Source of the DNA: Candidatus Latescibacterota bacterium
GTDB taxonomy: Bacteria; Latescibacterota; UBA2968; GCA-2709665
Assembly (NCBI GenBank): GCA_963667175.2
Contig: CAXXXF010000016.1
Location: 384,001 to 448,000 of the forward strand
DNA: 64,000 bases
Direction of reading: 5' to 3'
Made by a program: the position numbers and the translations under genes. Shown one piece after another: positions 18,181-25,580 of the stretch; position 1 is the first letter of the stretch; each line of letters begins with the position of its first letter. The notes beneath the pieces are model-generated. The model ran no database searches. It was not told the origin of the DNA and was given only the letters and a program-made list of their open reading frames with translations.

Positions 18181-21156
18181 TCACCAATCTGGGGGGAGCG
18201 GTCGCCACTCCGACTCGTCCGAACATCCGCCAAAGTGGCCACAATAACGCCATTCACGAAGCGATTCCAAAGGCAAAGTGACAGCAATTACTGCGTTAGT
18301 ATCCCGCTCAACAAGCCGACACAAATCTCTCTCCCAGCGAGTTCTTTTTGGTGCCCAAGCTCTGCAATCGGAATAGTGTCCGTTATTGGCGACACCAACG
18401 ATTGCATTAAGTTGCAAACCTGCCGTTTGTATCAGATGGTCGTAGGATGACGTGTCTTTGTTCCACGCAGGCACAGCGACGAATTCGACCCGCCCTGCAA
18501 GATCAGAGATTCGGTACGCCTCAATCAATTCACTGCAAATCAACACTGAAATGCTGCCGTACTGGCTTTCGACGACCGTACGGGGTCGTGACTCGCGTTT
18601 ATCCCTTTTTTCGAACGAGACGTTTAGTTCATTGAGTTTCGTAAATTCCTCTCTCGCAGGGAATTCCTTTGTCCACGGCCAAGTAGCCGTCGAGTTAAAT
18701 GGACCAGGTATAACCGCGTATACCTGATTGAATACAATTCGATCACTTGGACGATGTAGATATTCGAGTCCGACGATTAGACCAAAGCTACCAAACCTGG
18801 AGACATGGGTAGCAACTTCGCGGAACCAAGCACGGGGAAGCGATAACTCTGGCAGGACAAGCAGGCTTGGAGAGGGATGGTGCCGTTGTGCAAATTCGTT
18901 ACTCTTGGCTAGAATCTCAGTTAAGTCCCGGAGTCGCTCCACAGTCAGTACTGGATCACCAGTGTTCGACGCGGACTTTCGAGTCGCCGCTCGCGTGAAG
19001 AATTCTTCCGACAATACCAGATTACCCAAAATGAGTTGTGGGTTGGCGAAATCATCATCGCCTAATTCGACCCTTCCGGGTATATAGACCGTGTGCTCAT
19101 CGATTACCTCGCCAACGGGATCGGAGTATTGAGTGCCACGAATCGCATTGACCATTTCCAGTAATTCGGTGAATACTTCAGAACGCAGACCAGCCTCGGT
19201 CCGGTACAATACACGACGTGCCACATCAAAGTACGAAGGCGGACGAGTACACAAAAACAAACGAACTGGTGACATTATCCATGGCCTATCGTCAAGCCTT
19301 CGACATATCTCAACGAATTCGTTAACACGACTAAAGCGCTGTATGAGTTCCGCATCATAGCTGCTAAAACCATCGTTCTGTAAGCGTACATTGTTCGAGG
19401 CGTCGTCAAAGGCGTCGTCCTCCCGATCAAACGCCCTGAGGTCTGCGGCCGCAAGTAACCTCGCCCGCGCGAGTAGCGTACTCCACTGAATGGTTCGAGT
19501 CCGATTCAAGACGCCACTGCGAAGCCATCTCGGCGGGGAATCAGGATAATGTGGCGATATCACGCTGCATATCGCCTCGATTCTCATTGTATGTAGATAA
19601 TTTCGAAGCCATACCCAACTGTTGGACAACGTAATTTCTCTGTCTCGATGGAAGAGTTTTACTGCTGCAGCTCGGAGTTTCTCCACATCAATCCAAATAT
19701 CGTCCATGTAGCTATACAGAACATCTGTGTGTTCCCAGTCGCGTGCACGAATCCCTAACTTTAACATCCGAAGAGCCACGTCTAAATTCTCCACCCAATC
19801 GACTTCGCTACTTAAGAAGCGAATGGTCTCATCCAAGGCCCGCTTTACCAATCCACTCGCACTATCTCTCTCAGCAAGAATGGTAGCCCGCTCTAGCGAA
19901 CGTAACCTTGTAGCAAGCTCGAAATGTTCAAGGCGGGTCCGGTCCGCTTCGCGTAAGACTGTCAGAGGACGCCCGGGCGGTCCAACGTGAAGTAGACTTT
20001 GTTGTCCGTTTTCGTGAAAAATCGTCGGATCCAAGAACGCACGGCTGCCACTTACCAGGCGTCCAAAATCCCTGCGGACACTTGCAAGGAAATCACTACC
20101 TGAAACATCAGAAAGGTAGTACGCCTTACACTTTGACCTTTGAATTCGAAATTCAGAACCCGGTCTCTTAATCGCACTCTCGTCGATACGAAACGCTGAA
20201 TTCTCGATATGTAGATGGGGTATATGATCGAGAATGACCTGATCCACATCACGAGACTGATCCCCTTCTACGCGGGCGAGAATCGCGAAGTCATCGACGT
20301 ATCGCTTGTAACATCGCGTGTTCGGCCGCTTTTCAATGGACTGGTCTAAATTGGATAATGCCAGGTTCGCCACTAGGCGACTCGTAAGCGCACCAATCGG
20401 AATACCTGTAGTCCAACTAAGACCTGTCCGGCGTGCGGCGCGATGTTGAAACCTGCGATAGAATCGAAGAAGCGAGGCTGCGGCTGAGCGATACCGTGAG
20501 ATTTGGAGGCTAGAATTCTCCATTGACGAAGACACGGACTCTTCAAGTTCGTCAACAAAGTCATCGTCGAGTAGAAATGATGGGTCCACGGTATCGTAGA
20601 AGCTCGTAAGGTCCGCACAGAGAAGGACAACCGAATGACCCTCCGATATCTCTTTTGTGGCAACGTCGATCGGGTTTGTTCGGAACTCTTCATAGCGCTT
20701 TGGCCAGTATTCGAACAGCCATCTACGGGTCTTACTCATGCGTCCGCTTTGAAGTTCTAGCCGGTAGCCGAGCGCACTTTTGGATAGAAGTGATTCAAGA
20801 ATCGGTCCAAATTGCCACAAAAACAGTACCTCTACAATCGCACACTCAGGGCTCGGCGTGTAGCGAATCTGAACGTCCAATCCTCCAATTGCATCATTTG
20901 ACGGCTTACCACCAATGTAGACAACGTTTTCATCATCATTCAACCTAAGTTTCTTCGGCACGACCCAGACTTCCCCCTCAGGCAGCCCATCGAACCAGCC
21001 GCCGTTGTCCGCCAATCGCGACGCCAACTCGTCAAGCCTTCGTCCCAAATTTCGCTCAAAGCGCGCTAATTCAACTAGCCCAACCCCACGGCGCTCAAAA
21101 AACAGCGCCACTTTCGCTTGTCTGTAGGCTAGGAAGAGTTCATCCGTTGTCGGCAT
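18181..21156 (-). CDS. reverse transcriptase fused to nitrilase domain (DRT1/UG1-like defence RT)
   Basis: AYRQAK, ADLTSFYDTV, GIPIG..S...AN, RYVDD; C-terminal nitrilase triad LPELS / TKEFP / LICSE, PAWN. Confidence 0.9.
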   Translation of the reverse strand: MPTTDELFLAYRQAKVALFFERRGVGLVELARFERNLGRRLDELASRLADNGGWFDGLPEGEVWVVPKKLRLNDDENVVYIGGKPSNDAIGGLDVQIRYTPSPECAIVEVLFLWQFGPILESLLSKSALGYRLELQSGRMSKTRRWLFEYWPKRYEEFRTNPIDVATKEISEGHSVVLLCADLTSFYDTVDPSFLLDDDFVDELEESVSSSMENSSLQISRYRSAAASLLRFYRRFQHRAARRTGLSWTTGIPIGALTSRLVANLALSNLDQSIEKRPNTRCYKRYVDDFAILARVEGDQSRDVDQVILDHIPHLHIENSAFRIDESAIKRPGSEFRIQRSKCKAYYLSDVSGSDFLASVRRDFGRLVSGSRAFLDPTIFHENGQQSLLHVGPPGRPLTVLREADRTRLEHFELATRLRSLERATILAERDSASGLVKRALDETIRFLSSEVDWVENLDVALRMLKLGIRARDWEHTDVLYSYMDDIWIDVEKLRAAAVKLFHRDREITLSNSWVWLRNYLHTMRIEAICSVISPHYPDSPPRWLRSGVLNRTRTIQWSTLLARARLLAAADLRAFDREDDAFDDASNNVRLQNDGFSSYDAELIQRFSRVNEFVEICRRLDDRPWIMSPVRLFLCTRPPSYFDVARRVLYRTEAGLRSEVFTELLEMVNAIRGTQYSDPVGEVIDEHTVYIPGRVELGDDDFANPQLILGNLVLSEEFFTRAATRKSASNTGDPVLTVERLRDLTEILAKSNEFAQRHHPSPSLLVLPELSLPRAWFREVATHVSRFGSFGLIVGLEYLHRPSDRIVFNQVYAVIPGPFNSTATWPWTKEFPAREEFTKLNELNVSFEKRDKRESRPRTVVESQYGSISVLICSELIEAYRISDLAGRVEFVAVPAWNKDTSSYDHLIQTAGLQLNAIVGVANNGHYSDCRAWAPKRTRWERDLCRLVERDTNAVIAVTLPLESLREWRYCGHFGGCSDESEWRPLPPDW

Positions 21157-21173
21157 GGGTCGCGCTATTTTAG

Positions 21174-21249
21174 TGACAAATGAACCGCTTGCGGCTAGTG
21201 CACCACGTAGCTCGGAAATCCCGATGCATGTGTTCGCCGGTTCCTGTCA
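21174..21249 (-). ncRNA. putative structured RNA hairpin immediately upstream of the RT
   Basis: nested stems TGACA/TGTCA, GAACCG/CGGTTC, TGCA/TGCA, TCGG/CCGA. Confidence 0.35.
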
Positions 21250-21258
21250 GTTATTGGT

Positions 21259-21467
21259 CTATACCCGAAACACCTTCATCACCTCGTCCCCGAGGTGGTC
21301 GATTACCTTTGCCTCAATCTGGCCGGACATTGGTTTGGCGAAAGGCCGGCATGTGTCGCTACGGAGCGGTTACCAGGCTTCTTGGTTTATTTCGGCTTTA
21401 AGGGTGTTCTTGAGCAACTTAAAGGGGTCGTCTGCGTCGAGAGAGTAGGCCTGGCGAACGAAGAAGC
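21259..21467 (-). pseudogene. degenerate copy of mod 3' end (relic 3)
   Basis: aligns with 25581-25790; ends IDHLGDEVMKVFRV*. Confidence 0.9.
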
Positions 21468-21552
21468 AACGCTTGTCTTCGGCGGCATTAACAGAATAGG
21501 GGCCTAAGAAGCAGGTAGGGTGACTGTTGGATGCAATTCTCTTATTCTTCGG

Positions 21553-22731
21553 TCAGGTGCAGAGATCAAACGTCACCCTGACGTACCCACCTTTGTCGTC
21601 TTGCATTAAATCGGGCTCGGTTCCGTTGAAGTCGAGCATAGACTTGCGCATCACGGGCCATCCCCGACCCCGCTGCTCCATGAATCCCTTGGCAACCATA
21701 ATGTTTGCCATCAGTTCGTTCCGCGATCGTGGATGGGCTCCCGCACGGACGCTCTCAACCGTCATATGATTTGGCAGCGTACCGGGACTACTCACGTCGA
21801 TGTGCTCAGAGAAGACTTCAAGAAGCACTCGTGAACCGGTGATCGCGTAATCCCTATGCACAACGGCGTTGACTAACGCTTCCCTGAGCGCTGCTTCAGG
21901 CAAAAGCCAACGGTCTCTCCTGGTCAGTCCTCGATACGACTCGAATCGACCAAGACCGTGGAACCAACCGACGGCACGTCTGACCTGTTCATCCAATCGA
22001 CCAGTCGCGTCTGCTACCTGAAGCGTATTCGAAGCCCGGTCCTTGCCTTCATAAGCGACGCATTCTATCCGAAAACTGTGCGTTTGTGGGTAGCGCTGCG
22101 GTTCCTTGCCGAATGCCAGCACACCGTAGAGGGTGGGGTGCAAACCGTCTCCCAACTGTGCCACCACCCCCCGATTACGGAGGTCGTCCACGTCGTCCGG
22201 CTGAGGCTCTCCCAGAACGTCGAGTCCAATTGCCTGCAAATATTCGCGAAAGCACTGGAGATCAATTTGCTCCGGTGTTGCAGCCTGAATCGGGCGTTCC
22301 TCGGTCATAATGTAGCCGAAAGCGTTGTAGAGTTCCTGTAATTCGCTGGCCGACGGCTCGACGTTGCTGCGTTCGCGTCGGACCCAAACACGGCCATCGT
22401 AGCGCATCGGCTCGAAACTTCGCTGACGGGGCACTTCGATCCAGTGAATCCATCCGTTAGGGTCTTCATGACGTCCACCTTGGGCAGAAACCGGCGTACT
22501 GCATCCGGTTTGGAGAAACGCCGTCAATCGCTCTTGTACCCTTTCCGCATCCTCTTTGACCCCGACGATTTCCTGGGATTTATTTACACCAATGACGATA
22601 AGTCCTCCCTCGGTGTTTGCGAATGCGCACATCGCCCTGCCGATTGGAGACAGGTCGCCAGGGCCGCGTTTGAACTCGGTGTGCCGATCCTCGCCCAATT
22701 CGACTCGCCTAAGGATGTTTAGCCAATCCAT
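21553..22731 (-). CDS. AlbA_2/Schlafen-like + HATPase_c_4 protein, copy 1
   Basis: EFKR...AFANTEGG, ALREALVNAVVHRDY; long near-identical DNA stretches shared with 7550-8737. Confidence 0.88.
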   Translation of the reverse strand: MDWLNILRRVELGEDRHTEFKRGPGDLSPIGRAMCAFANTEGGLIVIGVNKSQEIVGVKEDAERVQERLTAFLQTGCSTPVSAQGGRHEDPNGWIHWIEVPRQRSFEPMRYDGRVWVRRERSNVEPSASELQELYNAFGYIMTEERPIQAATPEQIDLQCFREYLQAIGLDVLGEPQPDDVDDLRNRGVVAQLGDGLHPTLYGVLAFGKEPQRYPQTHSFRIECVAYEGKDRASNTLQVADATGRLDEQVRRAVGWFHGLGRFESYRGLTRRDRWLLPEAALREALVNAVVHRDYAITGSRVLLEVFSEHIDVSSPGTLPNHMTVESVRAGAHPRSRNELMANIMVAKGFMEQRGRGWPVMRKSMLDFNGTEPDLMQDDKGGYVRVTFDLCT

Positions 22732-22742
22732 ATTGAACGACC

Positions 22743-25520
22743 TCAAAAACCGTACTTCAATCGGCGTAGACGAAACGCATCATCGCCTCCATCAACGGTC
22801 CTGACAATAGAGTCCCGGACGGACGGTTCCTCAATGGCCCCCGAATGCACGACACGGCCACGATTTGCAGTAGCGTCAAGTTGAATTACCTGATCCGCGT
22901 CACCATTAACGACAATATCGGCATTGTGCGTTGCGACGATGATTTGTCTTCGACCCTTTAGCCGTTTAAGTGCGGGGAGAACCGTATCAGATAGAAACCG
23001 GTTGTCAAGTTCATCCTCGGGCTGGTCGATAACCAATGGACGTTCATCGCTAGTCTCAAGCAGCAGCGATAGCAGCAAGCTAACTCGCTGCCCTCCTGAG
23101 AGGTCGTCCAAACGCCGATGGCGTCCATCATCCATCCTTAGTTCCAATAAGTAATGGTCGCTGCAGCGAATGGCCGCAAGGTACCTCTGCTTTGTACGCG
23201 TCAACTGTTCTCGGAATGTAGATTGAACAGCGGCACTCATGCCGACTTCATTCAACGTGTCGTCGCTCAAATGACTAAGCAATTCGATCGGAGACGGTCT
23301 GCTCTGATTCTCCAATTCGTTCCACCACCTTGTGATCCCTCTCTTGCTCAAATCTCTTAGAAAGCGGTCCAGTGGCCCGCGACTGCCGTCGTCCACGCGA
23401 CGGGCCGAAATCCGCCCATCGAATTCTGCGAAGATCGTCTCGGTCACCCGGTCAAATGCAGCCCTCTGTTCCCCAACGAGCCCTTCTCTTTCATCGAGTA
23501 GCCCCTGGAAAGTTCGTTCAGCCTCAGAAAGCTCTTTACGTACCTTATTCAGATTCGCCTCGTAACTCTCTCTGAGCGAAGACTGGACGTTTAATGCCTG
23601 CAACTCCTTAATCTGTGACCCGTCAAGTCCACGCTTCGCCAGAGCTCGATCAACCTCGGTGTGAATGCCCTGCTCCTGAAGCTTCAGTGTCTCCAATATC
23701 GACAATGTTTTTGCATCCCAATCTCTCAGTTCAACTTTCGCAGATCTGATGTGTTCTCGGATTCGATTCCATGCTTCCTGCAACTCCTCACTCCTCACTC
23801 CTACGCCCGCGTTATCCACTGATCCTACAAAATAGTCGCCGGATTTGGGCAAACTGAAACCGTCCGTAACTCCTATTGCACGATCGAGATGGGTTCCCAG
23901 ATCTTCAGACACCTCACAGCATTCCTGCCATTGACGAATCGCACGTGCGACTTCGTGCAGCTTCTCTACACCTGCCTCTGAGAATGCTTCAAGTTTATTG
24001 GCGGCGATAACTGTCCGCTCATATGCCTGCTCAGCCTCGGAGAGAACATCATCGAGTTCCGCCAAGTGTTTCGCCTGGCGGTCAAGTTCCTTGTCGATCG
24101 CGCTTAATCGAGTCTGACGCTCCACGATTCTTGACATCTGTGACGGAACAAGCCTCGTGAGAATCTCTTCCACGGCACTTGGTTCTTGTGCGAGCCGATG
24201 CAGTTCATTCTGTGCGTAAAATACCGCGGGCCACCTCTCACGATCCGGTGCGGTAGGATCCTGGCCCGGACAATCGAGTGAGACCTCAGCCGAACCAGCG
24301 AGAAACCTTTCCTTGCCACGTGCTTCTACCTGCTTTCTGATGCCGTCGTCTTGTGGCAATGCCGCATCGGTGTATAGTCGCAGTCCATCCAAAAACGTGC
24401 TCTTGCCCGTCATGCTGCCGCCGATAATGCATGTTAGATCAGGGCTGAGGTGGAAACTCGTGGCTGGCTCATTTTCTGCAGTTGTACCAAAAAACGACGC
24501 CCGCCCGTCGATTGTGACCGTCTTGAGCCAAGGCCGTTGGTTAATGGTGACATCGGGCGGGTTTGCAATCTCAACTAGACCGCCACTTGCGTCGCGTTCG
24601 TAACCGATGCGCACCCGCGAGTCGCTAGCGATAAAGGCCTGTCGAAGAGCCTCGACTCTTGGGCTCGCAAGCTTCAGCCACGTGTGACGCTTACCGATTT
24701 CGTCCACCGAATAGGCGTCGCTTCCGTGAAAAAACGCCAAGTGATTCGCAGCCATCCCTTCGGGCAACCACTCACGGTTTTTCATTGCGTCGTCGGCAAG
24801 TTTTCCGTCGCCAAGTTCAAGCCCAGTCACTTCACTATGGGGGAAGTTCTTTAGAACCTGCGCGTTGAGTGCTCCGAGAAGACCCTTATTGTTATCGATA
24901 TGGGGCGCAAGCGTAATGTAGTTCCATTCAGGCTGCCCACATTCGTCCAAGGGGCACTCTTGACGATGGAATTCACGCAGATCTCGGAAAACCTCGTCGG
25001 CGTTTTTGCTGGAGATTTGTAGGTCCTTGCCCCGCCATGGCGACACGCCACCCATGGCCAAATAAAACGCTTTCATATAACCATCACGACCGACCTCAGG
25101 ATCAAAGAGAAAAATGAGATGCAATCCTCGCTTTCCCTGTTTGAGTGACGGCTCGAAGCCGGGAAAGACAGCATATATCTTCTCCCTGAAGGGTTTTCCG
25201 TCATCGTCAACGCCAACGTTCCACTCATCTACGATTTGCCAGACTGCGCTCGTATCGACTCCTGTTTCAACACACGATGAATGCGGTGTAATGCCCAATA
25301 CTCGTACATCCCGAGCGGCCGCATTCTGTAGAAATATCCTAGCATATGCCTTAAGTGTCTCCTTGGATACGGGTCGACGAAATTTCACGCCGTTAGGAAC
25401 CTTCGCCCTGTCACCATCAATGTCATCTATTGTATGGATATGTAAGTCCGCCTTGAACCACCGTGCGCCCGGGACGTCCCGGTGCCAGTTGTCGGCCTCC
25501 TGCCGTTTAAAGAAATCCAT
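22743..25520 (-). CDS. PHP phosphoesterase-coiled coil-ABC ATPase fusion (Ppl/TrlF-like)
   Basis: KADLHIHT, GSDA (PHP); GGSMTGKST, LSGGQR, LVIDQPEDELD, ATH; start may be 25547. Confidence 0.85.
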   Translation of the reverse strand: MDFFKRQEADNWHRDVPGARWFKADLHIHTIDDIDGDRAKVPNGVKFRRPVSKETLKAYARIFLQNAAARDVRVLGITPHSSCVETGVDTSAVWQIVDEWNVGVDDDGKPFREKIYAVFPGFEPSLKQGKRGLHLIFLFDPEVGRDGYMKAFYLAMGGVSPWRGKDLQISSKNADEVFRDLREFHRQECPLDECGQPEWNYITLAPHIDNNKGLLGALNAQVLKNFPHSEVTGLELGDGKLADDAMKNREWLPEGMAANHLAFFHGSDAYSVDEIGKRHTWLKLASPRVEALRQAFIASDSRVRIGYERDASGGLVEIANPPDVTINQRPWLKTVTIDGRASFFGTTAENEPATSFHLSPDLTCIIGGSMTGKSTFLDGLRLYTDAALPQDDGIRKQVEARGKERFLAGSAEVSLDCPGQDPTAPDRERWPAVFYAQNELHRLAQEPSAVEEILTRLVPSQMSRIVERQTRLSAIDKELDRQAKHLAELDDVLSEAEQAYERTVIAANKLEAFSEAGVEKLHEVARAIRQWQECCEVSEDLGTHLDRAIGVTDGFSLPKSGDYFVGSVDNAGVGVRSEELQEAWNRIREHIRSAKVELRDWDAKTLSILETLKLQEQGIHTEVDRALAKRGLDGSQIKELQALNVQSSLRESYEANLNKVRKELSEAERTFQGLLDEREGLVGEQRAAFDRVTETIFAEFDGRISARRVDDGSRGPLDRFLRDLSKRGITRWWNELENQSRPSPIELLSHLSDDTLNEVGMSAAVQSTFREQLTRTKQRYLAAIRCSDHYLLELRMDDGRHRRLDDLSGGQRVSLLLSLLLETSDERPLVIDQPEDELDNRFLSDTVLPALKRLKGRRQIIVATHNADIVVNGDADQVIQLDATANRGRVVHSGAIEEPSVRDSIVRTVDGGDDAFRLRRLKYGF

Positions 25521-25580
25521 TGTGCATTCTCCGAGCGGAATTGGCACTCGTGGTTAAGTCGCTTAGCTTGCTGAGAGACA

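Noticed and set aside
18181-21156. RT as intron maturase, retron RT or DGR RT
   Set aside because: It has a nitrilase fusion, YVDD and GIPIG rather than the maturase PQG/YADD context, no retron VTG motif, and lies 13 kb from the intron. The mod and res repeats differ at all base types rather than only adenines, so they are not TR/VR pairs.
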